A stretch of 64,000 nucleotides of DNA, taken from Marsupella aquatica (lineage: Eukaryota; Plantae; Marchantiophyta). Every line of letters starts with the position of its first letter. Position 1 is the stretch's first letter. A program made the position numbers and the translations under genes. The notes beneath the pieces are model-generated. The model was not told the DNA's origin. It saw nothing but the letters and a program-made list of their open reading frames with translations, and searched no databases. This document shows positions 25,863 to 37,048 of this stretch, one piece after another. The DNA is taken from NCBI GenBank assembly GCA_973895155.1, contig OZ316892.1, forward strand, positions 1,801,223 through 1,865,222. Reading direction: 5' to 3'.

Positions 25863-26648
25863 TACAACTAGGGTACGTCACATCCAATAACTGTGTGGGA
25901 CTAGTAGAACGACTACACAAACACCATTGTTCTAACACGTTTTACATGGAAAGAGATGACGGAGGCAATCTGTCCCACGATCAATGCTCCTCAATAGTGA
26001 TAGGGTCCACACATGCAAAAAGTGCACTGCAACGTTGCCAGTAACCTGATCTTGATCTTCTCTTGCTTGGGGCAGAGGTGCCAAGTACAGAACGCTGAAC
26101 ATTACTGAGGTGCTTAGTGAAACAAATTAGAACCTAATACAGAAGACATTGTTAACATAATCCGTGGTGAAGAAAAAGTAAAAACATATATGCACAGTGG
26201 AAAAACACAATCTTAACTGAAAAGGCCGAATCGCATTTGATAGTGCGCATGGGAGACAAGAAACAAGAGCTCAAGACTCTGCAAACTTCGGGCAGAACGC
26301 TCGCGCGCGCTAGAAAATGATATGACGACAGAATGCACAACGCTGCACATCAAGTATTTCCAACAGCGGGACCACAATGATAACAACTGAGAATGAGAAC
26401 ATGTGACAAAAACAGAGGGGGACTGGAGGCCGGGTAAGCGTGTCCCGCGCCCTAAAGGCCGTGAAATTTGAAATGGACAGAAATTTTCCGTCCGTCGCTG
26501 ATCGGGGCTAATACGTTTCAAGTGCGCCAAAATGGTGATTGACGGACGCGCGGGCTTGCGGGCAGCAGCATTGGGATTAGTGACGGGCAGGGTACGGGGC
26601 CCCAAGAAGGCTGGGGAGCCTTAATGCGGTGTTGATTCAACCCGGTGT
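25752..26648 (-). repeat. Right TIR of MULE
   Basis: Reverse complement of 16925-17810; includes the first ~35 transposase codons. Confidence 0.93.
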
Positions 26649-28606
26649 GTTTTTGTTATACAAACTACAGATACTCATAAAAAAATTTCATATTTGAGTT
26701 TATGGATTTGTTTGCTAGTGATGCCAAGTTTTTGTTATACAAACTACAGATACTCATAAAAAATTTCATATTTTTGTGGACGAGTCCAATGCATATCCAT
26801 TGCACAAATGTTGAGACAACAAAGTGCAGGTGATTGTGTAGCTCCTTGCCTGCAAGACACTTCCTCGCTGACCCTTGTGGTGAACACTTTTTCACAAGAA
26901 CAAGCCAGGTGATAGTGAGGATTCCACAGGGAAGTGAAAAGAGCATGAGAGAGATGGAGACAAGAAAGGAATGATAGTAATTATGTACCCCACTAGAAGC
27001 CCCTTCCAAAATTTTTGGCACACAGCTAGTTGGGCACATAACTGGTTTGCATCACAAAGGAATTGTATGATTGTGACAGCAAACATTTATGACTATTCGT
27101 GTTTGTTTTTGCTCTTTTAACTAAGCTTTCCCTCCTTCTCCCTCCATTTTCTTTCCGCCCATCCCCGCAGAAGGGAGGGTACAAATAGACTACACTAGCC
27201 AGATACTCTGCTAGGCAAGGGAGGTGCCAATGGTTAAGAGGGAGTTTTGGCAAACTTGATGACCAGGAAATAGAGGCAGTATGAAAACAACCAAAATTAA
27301 TTCTCACCCAAAAATAAAGCATGAATGAGATTTTGGAGAGATTGAATATTGTGGATGAGTTTTTGATATCATAGGTACATATTATGCCCACTTAATTTAA
27401 AAACAAACAAATATAGTGCTACCAATGAGTAAGAGAAATTGAGCTGGACCCTTGCACATACTAGTTAAGATGCTAATAGAAACTCTTAAATAGATTTAAT
27501 GCCGAAGAAATGACAAACATATGGCTACTAATGCATTATGTGTATGTACATGTACTTTTATCACAATTAGAAACACTACAAACATTGGCATGTGGTAAGC
27601 TCACATGTGGGGAGGGCTTTACAAAGGTTGGGACCAAAAAAGGCGAGTAAGCCATGAGCAGTGAGGAGAGTGATCAGGTACTAAGTCACCCAAAACTAGT
27701 TACTTTATTCTTGCATTCAGGTGGTTCATAAAGAATTCATCCAAACTCTAAAAACAGGTCTAAAAATTGTTATGTCTTCAGGAGGCTACTCGGGTTATTC
27801 TATCTTATTAAGATTTATGTTTTGTATTTTTGTTTCAATTAGTAGTCAAACAATAAGCTGTCTAATAAATCAAATGACATGTGGGAAGGGCTTTAACAGT
27901 GGTCAAACACTTTGTAAAGCAATGAGCAGTGAGGACACGGCACAGGTACCAAGTCACTCCAAACAAACTTATTCTTGCTTTACGGTGGTTGATAAAATTC
28001 ATCCCACCTCTATAAAGAATGATTAATTATTCATCTCAACTTTTTGGATACTACAGGACAAGTTGCTTTACTTTAGTTTTGGGATCCTCAAATCTTTAGG
28101 TACCTTAAAGAAAATTACTTCATGATTAATCTAGATAGGATAGTCCTCAAATAATACCACTTGGGGAAGGTTGCTTAAATTTGGAGCAGCTTGGACATTG
28201 CTATATTGCTATATGGTGAACCCTTATTACGTTTTTTTCCTTCTGATTTTTTTTGGCAAAAATCAAACTCTTAATGTGCTCTTGCAGTAAGGCGTTTCTT
28301 AAAATTATTGCCTTATTTACTATTTTGAAACCCCTTTGCTCAAAAAGCAAATCTTTACTTTTCATTTAATTGTTTATCCCTCTAATGAAGAATTAAAGGT
28401 TGTATTTTACCCATATCCATAAATCCCAAACAATGTCGGTAATTTTTTTTCCTACTTTTCACACAAACCAGCTCCATGTAATGTAGGGTATGGCTTTGAA
28501 AAGTTGACTAGCTCCATGCAATGTCCGTAATTTTTTCCCTCTACATTTAGTTCTAACCAAATTTCTAAGGGATGGCTTACAAATTTTATGGGGTTTAAAA
28601 AAGCAT

Positions 28607-28721
28607 CAAAGTTCAAGAACTTTGTCAGGGAATTGAACCCTGAACTGTCCAACGGACAGTCTTCCAAGCAAAGTACCCCCCCCCACTATACCCCCCCCCA
28701 ACCCTTTAACCCCACACCCCC
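28607..28721 (-). other. Three abutting hairpins plus a G-quadruplex-like tract downstream of Rep (candidate element end/origin)
   Basis: CAAAGTTC-AA-GAACTTTG (28607-24), TCAGGG-AATTGAA-CCCTGA (28625-43), ACTGTCC-AAC-GGACAGT (28644-60), then five C-runs at 28676-28721. Confidence 0.6.
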
Positions 28722-28767
28722 TCTCTTTAACTCAAATAGAAAGCAATGTAATCAAAAATTTCCATTA

Positions 28768-29946
28768 TTAAGTTGTAGGTTCTGTTTTCACTTTAAAAAT
28801 TGATTTGTACAAAGCAACTCTTCTGCTGATCTTCTTGGGTGGCATTTCCTCGCAATCATCATCAGAGGATAAACAAATTACCTTGGCATTTGCACATTTT
28901 CCAGAGTTTAAAAGATCAGTGGTCTCAAGATAATTAGAATCTGGCATGGCCACAGTGTCTTTCAAGGTCACATATTCAGGCAAATTATTCCAAGTACATG
29001 TTTCCAAAGCTTCTTTCCTGGTTTCTTCAAAAATATCATCAAATCTTACAACTTTCTCTTTACCCTCTTTCTTCATTGGAACTGTGTGTAATGCACTTTT
29101 CACAGGAGACACATTCATGACATTACTTCTTGGAGAATCCTCTCCATCAGAATCATCATCCCAATATCTACCATGTTGGGATCTTTGTTTTTTGACAAAA
29201 ATATTCTCCACATCTTCTTTCTTAATATTGCAAGGATCTACTATACATTTCCAAAGTGAAGTCATCCTAGAAAATTGCATACCTTGTCCATTCAAAGGAA
29301 TAATCCAACTTGCAGCAGGCATAAAAATTCCAGACTTGATCATGTCAGTAAGGGTGGATAAAAAAGTAGCAACAAGAGGTCTGTCACATTTATATTTGTT
29401 CCACACATACATTCTTTCACCCACATTTTTGTTAGTTAAAGTTACCCTGGTTTTCAAATCAGCTTTCCCATAGATAGAATGTAATGTTTTACCTGCTGTC
29501 ACTTCTGCATCAGTGACATTGAACATTACAGACTCAAAATGCTCTGCACCTGTATCTTTCAAACAGTAACCAATCATGCCTTTGTAGGTGTGAATAAATC
29601 TATTAGTTAACAACTTACAATTCACTTTACCCACAGGATTCATATTTTTCAAACAATGCCAACCCATATATTTCCTGACAAGCACACCAAAAGATCTAGC
29701 AGATTTAGTTCTTGCTCTGACAACCATTTGCATATGCAAGTGATTTTCAATATCACCTCTCTCAATGGCAACAAGACCTGATACACAATGGTCTCTCATC
29801 AGAGTATTCATGAGGTCAATCTCAGTTGGATTTATATCTGCACCTAAGTATCCAATGGTAATACTCAATTCTTTCACATTATCAACCATACTAATATTTT
29901 TCTCCTCTGCTATCACCAGTCTTGCCTTTCTTTTCAAAGAAGCCAT
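28768..29946 (-). CDS. Replitron-type HUH (Y1) Rep endonuclease/transposase, 392 aa
   Basis: Intact intronless ORF with RCR motif I (LSITIG), motif II HUH (AIERGDIENHLHMQMVV) and motif III with a single YxxK (GMIGYCLKD-GAEHF), followed by KTRVTLTNKNV...SGIFMPAASW. No helicase Walker motifs, matching the described Replitron architecture. Confidence 0.88.
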   Translation of the reverse strand: MASLKRKARLVIAEEKNISMVDNVKELSITIGYLGADINPTEIDLMNTLMRDHCVSGLVAIERGDIENHLHMQMVVRARTKSARSFGVLVRKYMGWHCLKNMNPVGKVNCKLLTNRFIHTYKGMIGYCLKDTGAEHFESVMFNVTDAEVTAGKTLHSIYGKADLKTRVTLTNKNVGERMYVWNKYKCDRPLVATFLSTLTDMIKSGIFMPAASWIIPLNGQGMQFSRMTSLWKCIVDPCNIKKEDVENIFVKKQRSQHGRYWDDDSDGEDSPRSNVMNVSPVKSALHTVPMKKEGKEKVVRFDDIFEETRKEALETCTWNNLPEYVTLKDTVAMPDSNYLETTDLLNSGKCANAKVICLSSDDDCEEMPPKKISRRVALYKSIFKVKTEPTT

Positions 29947-30302
29947 GACAAATGAGCACACTGTTCTCTAGGATGTAAATTTTCGTCACCTTCTTTACAG
30001 ACACAAGGCAGAATATCAAACACAAACACAGGATAAATATCGTCACTTTTAACAAGAAAAAATACTTTCTCTTTACATTCTACTATAGTCTCATCCTCCC
30101 CAGTTTCTGGAGTTGAATCTAAGATTCGAAATGGACCACCAAGTATTTTTTCTTCACCTTGTTTACATACAACCCAACAATACTTCACGTCTCTTACACA
30201 ACTAGAAGTTTCCTTTGGAATATTTTCCAAGATAGATTCTCCTATGTCAGATATTTCATAAGGTGTGAGAAGCTCCTTTGGAAGTTGACTTTCCAAGGAC
30301 AT
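29934..30302 (-). CDS. 122-aa hypothetical ORF upstream of and overlapping the Rep start
   Basis: ATG at 30302 just after a CTAAC...TAAG acceptor; open 369 nt in AT-rich DNA; its stop overlaps the first Rep codons in another frame. No family recognised. Confidence 0.5.
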   Translation of the reverse strand: MSLESQLPKELLTPYEISDIGESILENIPKETSSCVRDVKYCWVVCKQGEEKILGGPFRILDSTPETGEDETIVECKEKVFFLVKSDDIYPVFVFDILPCVCKEGDENLHPREQCAHLSWLL

Positions 30303-30322
30303 GAAGCTTACAAGACGTTAGA

Positions 30323-31155
30323 GGAGAAAGTAGAACACTGGTTAGTAAACTCTGTCTCAACAAAACAGAGAAAGTAGAACACTGGTTAGCAAACTCTGTC
30401 TCAACAAAACAGAGAAAGTAGAACACTGGTTAGCACAAGATCAATTGGTTAGCACAAGATCTCAACACAACACCAATTCGTCAGTACAAGATCAATGGGT
30501 TAGCACAAGATCACAACACAACACCAATTGGTTAGTACAAGATCAGTTGGTTAGCACAAGATCACAGCACAAGATTAGTTGGTTAGCATAAGATCACAGC
30601 ACAAGATCATAGCACAACACCATTTGATTAGCACAAGATCAGATGATTAGCATAGCACAGCACAACACAAGATCCCACTGAAGGAATGACACGGCTGAAC
30701 ACTGAGAAGCTAGAGCAAGCACGACAAACTAGAGCTAGCACTGAACGATAGCGCACTGGTGCACTGAACGAAAACCCACTGAAACAATAGCAGGGCTGAG
30801 CACTGAGAAGCCTAGCACTGAACGAAAGCCCACCGGTCCACTGAGCACTGAGAAGCCTAGCACTGAACGAAAGCCCACCGGTCCACTGAAACAATAGCTC
30901 CGATCGATAGCCCACTGAACGATAGCCCACTCACTGAAATGATAACAGGGCTGAACACTGAGAAGCTAGAGCTAGCACTGAACAATAGGAACGAAAGCCC
31001 ACTGGTGCACTGAAACAATAGCAGGGCTGAGCACTGAGAAGCCTAGCACTGAACGAAAGCCCACCGGTCCACTGAGCACTGAGAATGGTCCACTGAGAAA
31101 TGATAACAGGGCTGAACACTGAGAAGCTAGAGCTAGCACTGAACAATAGCCCACT
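30323..31155. repeat. Compound minisatellite arrays upstream of the Rep ORFs
   Basis: 44-bp GAGAAAGTAGAACACTGGTTAG... x~2.5; degenerate TTAGCACAAGATC units; CACTGAGAAGCCTAGCACTGAACGAAAGCCCACCGGTC units. Confidence 0.85.
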
Positions 31156-31429
31156 GCATGGGAACCTGATCACTAAGACTTGAGGCGATGGCAGAGCTGC
31201 GCACTGAGAGCAAGAGCAGACTCACTGAACAAGGAGGGAGGTACTGAACTGAGAAAGGAGCTCAGGTTAAGTAGGTGTGAAACAAGTTTAATCTGTTCCC
31301 CGCACTGAATGCTAAGGTGAGTCACCCAAAACATTCAGCCTGGAGACCAGATTATACACAACGTTCACTTTTCCTCATACTTTCAAACTCCAAAATACTT
31401 GGAAATCTCCAAGATACATGGATCAGACA

Positions 31430-32450
31430 AGGAGGTACTCTCGATCCTAGAGAGCTGAAAACGAGAGGCAACAACCATGGAGTGTAGCAGCGAGAGGCTG
31501 ACCATCAGCATCGATCAGTAGCAGACATTCTTCTTCCTCCTCCTCAAACGCTCCTCCTCCCTCTCTCCGCCCTCCTGCTCTGCACCCCCAAGGGCAGATC
31601 AGACAAGCAGCATCGAGCTGAGGCTGGACTCTCACGGGCCCTACAGCCTTTCTAAATGCGCTTGACCAGCCTTCTCCTACTTTGGTAAGACAAATTCCAC
31701 CATGAGAACTCTGTAAGTGATAAGTAGGCAGCAGAGCATCAACAACAGCTCAATGATAGCAGCGATCGATCAGTGACCAGTGACCAATGATCACAAATCA
31801 GACGAGCAGCATCGAGCTGAGGCTGGACTCTCACAGGCCCTACAGCCTTTCTAAATGCGCTTGACCAACCTTCTCCTACTTTGGTAAGACAAATTCCACC
31901 ATGAGAACTCTGTAAGTGATAAGTAGGCAACAGAGCATCAACAGCAGCTCAATGATAGCAGCGATCGATCAGTGACCAGTGACCAATGATCACAAATCAG
32001 ACGAGCAGCATCGAGCTGAGGCTGGACTCTCATAGGCCCTACAACCTTTCTAAATGCGCTTGACCAGCCTTCTCCTACTTTGGTAAGACAAATTCCACCA
32101 TGAGAACTCTGTAAGTGATAAGTAGGGCACACGGGAGGAGAACTATATCCCCAATAGAGAATGTTGAAAGCCAATGAGGTACTCTCGATCCTGGAGAGTT
32201 GAAAATGAGAGGCAGCAGCCATGGAGTCTAGCAGCGAGAGGTTGACCATCAGCACTGATCAGTGACCAGTGACCAGAGTAGTAGCAGTCCAATCCTTCCT
32301 CGCAGACATTCTTCTTCTTCCTCCTCCTCAAACGCTCCTCCTCCCTCTCTCCGCCTCCTGCTCTGCTATTCCGATGATGGGGCACCCCCAAGGGCAGCAG
32401 AGGATAAGTGATAAGTAGAGCGCACGGGAGGAGAGCTATATCCCCAATAT
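31430..32450. repeat. ~199-bp tandem units (x3) flanked by a second duplicated block
   Basis: GCAGCATCGAGCTGAGGCTGGACTCTCA...GTAAGTGATAAGTAGG at ~31.60, 31.80 and 32.00 kb; GAGGTACTCTCGATCC...GCACCCCCAAGGGCAG at ~31.43 and ~32.18 kb. Confidence 0.88.
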
Positions 32451-32957
32451 CCTACTTAGTCCATTTGTAACTCGTCCTCGCCTTCCTGTAGATCCCGGCT
32501 GTCCAGACAGACAGGCGAACTCTCGAGACAATGCAGCTTGTGAGACTCACCCCTCGTTGCACAAGGCCGCGCACACAATCATCAGGGGTGCTGATGACGC
32601 ACTCACTGCAAATGCCTCGCACTACAGCTCAGCTACAGTCTCCAAGCTACAGGATCCGCCGAAGAAGCTCAGCTACAGGATCCGCCGAAGAAGTGCAGCA
32701 CGAGGAGATGAGGAACTCGTGAGAGCAAAACCGAACACAATCGAGATCACAACTCTCGTAAAAGCGAGGAAAGGGTCTTCAACTCTCCCGCAAGAGCCTA
32801 TCCTCCTTTCGCTCGTGCCGCAAGAACACAATACGGCCCAAAACGCAAGAGTGAGCAAGCGCCCTGACACCGAAAATCAATCATGCACCATGATCTCTCC
32901 TTCGCTCTTCTCCTTCGCTCTCGCGTCTCGAGGCGCTGTAGCTTAACAATATCCGAT

Positions 32958-33570
32958 CCCACCTCCACATCTCTCGATCATCCACTGCTGCTGGCTTGGC
33001 CACCAAGCTCGCGAGCCTCTATCGATCGCTCCCAGCCTCCAGCTCGCGAGATCAGATAGCGAGATCAAATCAGACGAGCACTGCAGCAGGCCACCAAGCT
33101 CGCGAGCCTCTATCGATCGCTCCCAGCCTCCAGCTCGCAAAATCAGACAAGCACTGCAGCAGTCCACCAAGCTCCAGCCCACCTCCACATCTCTCGATCA
33201 TCTCTCAACACTCCAAGCCCAGCTCGCGAGATCAGACAGCGCGCGAGCTCCAGCCCACCTCCACATCTCTCGATCGCTCCCAGCCTCCAGCTCGCGAGAT
33301 CAGATAGCGAGATCAAATCAGACGAGCACTGCAGCAGGCCACCAAGCTCGCGAGCCTCTATCGATCGCTCCCAGCCTCCAGCTCGCGAAATCAGACGAGC
33401 ACTGCAGCAGTCCACCAAGCTCCAGCCCACCTCCACATCTCTCGATCATCTCTCAACACTCCAAGCCCAGCTCGCGAGATCAGACAGCGCGCGAGCTCCA
33501 GCCCACCTCCACATCTCTCGATCATCTCTCAACACTCCAAGCCCAGCTCGCGAGATCAGACAGCGAGAGT
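32958..33570. repeat. Complex CpG-rich tandem repeat
   Basis: CCCACCTCCACATCTCTCGATC and CCAGCTCGCGAGATCAGA modules repeated in a higher-order arrangement. Confidence 0.88.
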
Positions 33571-33639
33571 GAAGACGAAATCAAATCAGACCTCGAGAGG
33601 TAAGATCCACAGCCGAGCTCGAGCTTTCCACCCGCCGCA

Positions 33640-34035
33640 GCCGCCCTTTGCCCCCTCGAATTTGATCATCTCACAATGTGAGCCTTGCCCTGCGTTCGCC
33701 AGCCCTTCCCCAGCCCTTCGCCCTTGGCCAGCCCGTTGCCCTGCGCCAACCCCTTCTCGTCAACCCCTTGCCTTTGGCGAGCCCTTCCCCTTGCCCCCAC
33801 TGCATTGCATACCCCTCCCCTTGGATGGCCGCCCTTTGCCCCTCAAATTTGATCGTCTCACAATGTGAGCCTTGCCCAGCGTTCGCCAGCCCTTCCCCAG
33901 CCCTTCGCCCTTGGCCAGCCCGTTGCCCTGCGCCAGCCCCTTCTCGTCGACCCCTTGCCTTTGGTGAGCCCTTCCCCTTGCCCCCACTGCATTGGATACC
34001 CCTCCCCTTGGATACCCATCCCCTTGCCCCACTGC
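33640..34035. repeat. ~188-bp C-rich tandem duplication
   Basis: GCCGCCCTTTGCCCCTC.AATTTGATC.TCTCACAATGTGAGCCTTGCCC... present twice; G-rich on the minus strand. Confidence 0.88.
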
Positions 34036-34439
34036 ATACGGAACTTTTTTATCCCTTTCACATTGCCCCAACTTTTTTATCTCCTGCATAGGACAAAATA
34101 ACTCATCATGCTCCAGGATGAGTATGCTATATAGTTGATTGACGCATGTTACTACTCAGATGGGAAAAAACCCATATTAAAAACTTGTTTGTTGGGCCTG
34201 GAGCTTGAGTGTGCTGGTTCCTTCTCTTATAGTTTTTATTTTTTAAATGTACGGAGATAGACCAATTCACTAAAATTAAAGGGCAAAACAAGATACAACG
34301 CAGGAAGAGCAAGGGAGGAAAACTCCAAACAAGAAGACAAATGCAAACCCCAAAAACCTACTCTTGAAAGAGGGAAAAGTAATAGATTCTCTACCAGTCC
34401 AAAAGGCCATATGCTAATAGTTTATGTGTAGTGTATTAA

Positions 34440-34860
34440 TGTTGGGTATTTACTCTTACGTCTAGGTTAGGTATGACGTGGTTGGTACAACAACATGGGT
34501 TGGTACAACTACGTGGTTAGGTACAACTACGTGATTAGGTACAACTATGTGGTTAGGTACAACTACGTGATTAGGTACAACTATGTGGTTAGGTACAACT
34601 AAGTTGCACACTATATCATAAGAGACATGTGTGCTTGGAGATGTAGAACCAAGGCTCATTGTTATGGAGCCACTTGAGAGATAGGGAGAGCGTACACTAT
34701 GGAGACTCGGTATAGCCGACGGGCTTAGAGTTCAGTAAAGCTCTCTTGTGTGTTCCCGTGGACGTAGCCTCAAGGAGGTGAACCACGTATCTCTTGTGTC
34801 GACTATTGTGCGTTGGATGGTTCATGGGCTTGCCGTTGCGATCGTCGTCTATGCTCAACA
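34440..34860 (+). repeat. 5' LTR copy 1 (421 bp; seven 18-bp GGTACAAC units)
   Basis: TGTTGGG...CTCAACA followed by the PBS. Confidence 0.97.
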
Positions 34861-36013
34861 ATTGGTATCAGAGCATGCTTGGGAGGTGACGTGTGTTCGT
34901 GACGGGATTTCATTACGGTTTTTCCAGCGTTGAGTGTCGGTGGATTTCCAGAGTTCCATCGCATGGAACTTGGAGTTTATGGGCTCAACGGATAGATCAG
35001 GGCAAGAGCTTTCTAACAGTGTGAAGAAATCGTTGAACGGAGCTCGTGGTGCAGAGAGATCTAAGTTTTTGTCCTTCTGGATTTTGTGAAGAAAGTTGGC
35101 AATCGACTCGGAGGGAGAAGCGTCAAGTGTTTTGACTCAACGGAGAGATTGAGGCAAGACGATTGTTTTTGAGTCCGGGATTGGCTCTTTGATGCAAAGA
35201 GGAAGGCTAAGCAAAATCAATTACCTTGTTGGACTTGGTGACGGCACCAAGTGCAATTGATCAACATTCGTTGTTGACAAGGTGCCATTTTTTTCTCTTT
35301 GAAAAACTGATTCGAAATTGGCTATGGCAATTGAGAGAAATCTGTCATCTTTACCAATTTTTTTCTCCCTCGTTCTTTCCTCGTTTTGGGTGCTTCTTAT
35401 ATCAATCTTCATCGCCTCGGAGTCTAGTTTCCAAATCTGAAATCGGATCTTGATTTCGTCAAAACCCGAGTGAGATATCTTGCGTTTGGTGTCGAGGGGT
35501 ACATTCTGCCGTGTGTATTTTCTGCGCGCGCGACCAGATTTCGACGACGAAAGGTGGTAGGGGGTTTTGGGGGTTCGAGGACACATGTCAGCCCCTCGAT
35601 TGTTCTTCCAAAATTCCCACAGGGCCTGTACAAGGGTCATAGAATATTCCAAAAAACCATAGAGCTATTTTTTGACCGTCCGACAAAGATTTCATCCGCC
35701 GAACGGTAACTTTTTTGGTTATTTTTCGGCGAGGTCATAGCCATTGAAGTTGGCAATGCAGCGCACCAATCACATCGCAATTTCGACAACGGGTTGTACT
35801 TGGTATTTCGGTTATTCCCTGAGGTGGTCAAAACGGGGGAGTTTCCCAAGGTTTTACCCACCTCGACCAAAATTTGAATAACTTTTCCGTCAAATTTCGA
35901 TTTTGATTTCGGTTTTCAGTATTGGACTCCTAGCTTTGTGGGCTACGCGGCGGTGTTGAGTTTCGAGTTTTTTGAGAAGTTGTGAAAAACAACATTTTTT
36001 GTGACTTTCTCAT

Positions 36014-37048
36014 ATGAGTGATTCGGAGGAGTTTTTTGAAGACGTGGAACTTGAAGCACGAGGATCACCGCGGAGGTTTCAAGGGCAGAGAGAGGAGCAG
36101 GAGGAAGAGCACGTGACACCGATACCATCACCGGTGCGGCGTGTGGTGGAGGAAGCACTACTACTACCGGAGCTCACGGTAAAGAAGAAGATGGGGACTT
36201 TCAAGCTTGGGGGACCCAAGTATGAAGTGACAAAGTATGATGGGCGCTCTGACTACTTGCTATGGGAGAAGCAGATGAAGGGAGTGCTTTATGCGTCAGG
36301 GATGGGCCAACTGCTGAGCCCTCGTGAAGACGATGTTGATGAGAAACAATGGGACCGCATGCAGGAGCAGGGAGTGTGGTGTGTTACACTCTATCTCATG
36401 CCTCCCATCATCAAGCAGTTGGGTGCACATAAGGATTGCATGTCCTTGTTTGCGGAATTGCAGAGCAAGTATCACCGCAAGGAGTTGTCGAACCGGCTCT
36501 ACACTTCCTACAAACTGATGAGTTTCAGGATGAAGGAATCTGGTACGAAGTTGCAAGACCATGTGGATGCTTTCAACGACATGGTCGTTGACTTGGAAAA
36601 CCTTGGGGAGACTTTGAATGATGAGACGAAGGCTCTGCAGCTTCTTAGTTCATTGCCTCCATCTTACCAGTCCCTATCACGAGTGTTGTTGCATCGTGAT
36701 AGGGATACCATTTCATATAATGATGTGGTAAGTTCTCTACTTAGTGATGATCTTCAGCAGAAGATGCACATCACATCACAGCCTTCATCATCTGGTGCTG
36801 CCCTCAATGTTAACCGTGGGAGGGGTATGCAGCGACCAACTGGGGACCGTAGAACCCAGTTTAGATCTAAATCCAGATCTAAGTCCAAGGGTAAATCCCC
36901 TCAGAGGAGGCAGGTGACATGTTGGAAGTGCAACCAAGTTGGACACTTCAAGCGAGACTGTAAGGGAAAGACAGCGGAAACTTCATCGGCAAATGTGGCT
37001 AGGGCTGATGGAGAAGCTGATTTACTCAATGATGAGTATGTTTTATGA
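36014..37048 (+). CDS. gag: copia Gag (intact, CCHC knuckle)
   Basis: KYDGRSDYLLWEKQM, LLSSLPPSY, CWKCNQVGHFKRDC. Confidence 0.93.
   Translation: MSDSEEFFEDVELEARGSPRRFQGQREEQEEEHVTPIPSPVRRVVEEALLLPELTVKKKMGTFKLGGPKYEVTKYDGRSDYLLWEKQMKGVLYASGMGQLLSPREDDVDEKQWDRMQEQGVWCVTLYLMPPIIKQLGAHKDCMSLFAELQSKYHRKELSNRLYTSYKLMSFRMKESGTKLQDHVDAFNDMVVDLENLGETLNDETKALQLLSSLPPSYQSLSRVLLHRDRDTISYNDVVSSLLSDDLQQKMHITSQPSSSGAALNVNRGRGMQRPTGDRRTQFRSKSRSKSKGKSPQRRQVTCWKCNQVGHFKRDCKGKTAETSSANVARADGEADLLNDEYVL

Larger units (their letters stand above)
16925..26648. mobile_element. Mutator-like (MULE) DNA transposon, ~9.7 kb, long TIRs, two convergent genes
   Basis: Ends ACACCGGGTT.AATCAACACC / GGTGTTGATT.AACCCGGTGT with ~890-bp inverted repeats. 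Contains a DDE+SWIM transposase on - and a second spliced gene on +. Confidence 0.9.

Noticed and set aside
28607-28670. A tRNA-Asn(GTT) gene
   Set aside because: Has a T-arm-like hairpin and a GTT loop but no D-arm or acceptor stem in the proper geometry; kept only as a structured-element finding.
28768-29946. Endogenous CRESS/geminivirus or Helitron
   Set aside because: No SF3 or PIF1 helicase, no capsid ORF, a single catalytic Tyr, and no TAxTATTAC stem-loop seen nearby.
30323-34035. CRISPR-like arrays
   Set aside because: Units lack unique spacers, no cas genes are present, and the context is eukaryotic.
34462-34659. VVPNH-repeat ORFs in the LTRs (also 44087-44284)
   Set aside because: Antisense translation of the 18-bp LTR minisatellite.
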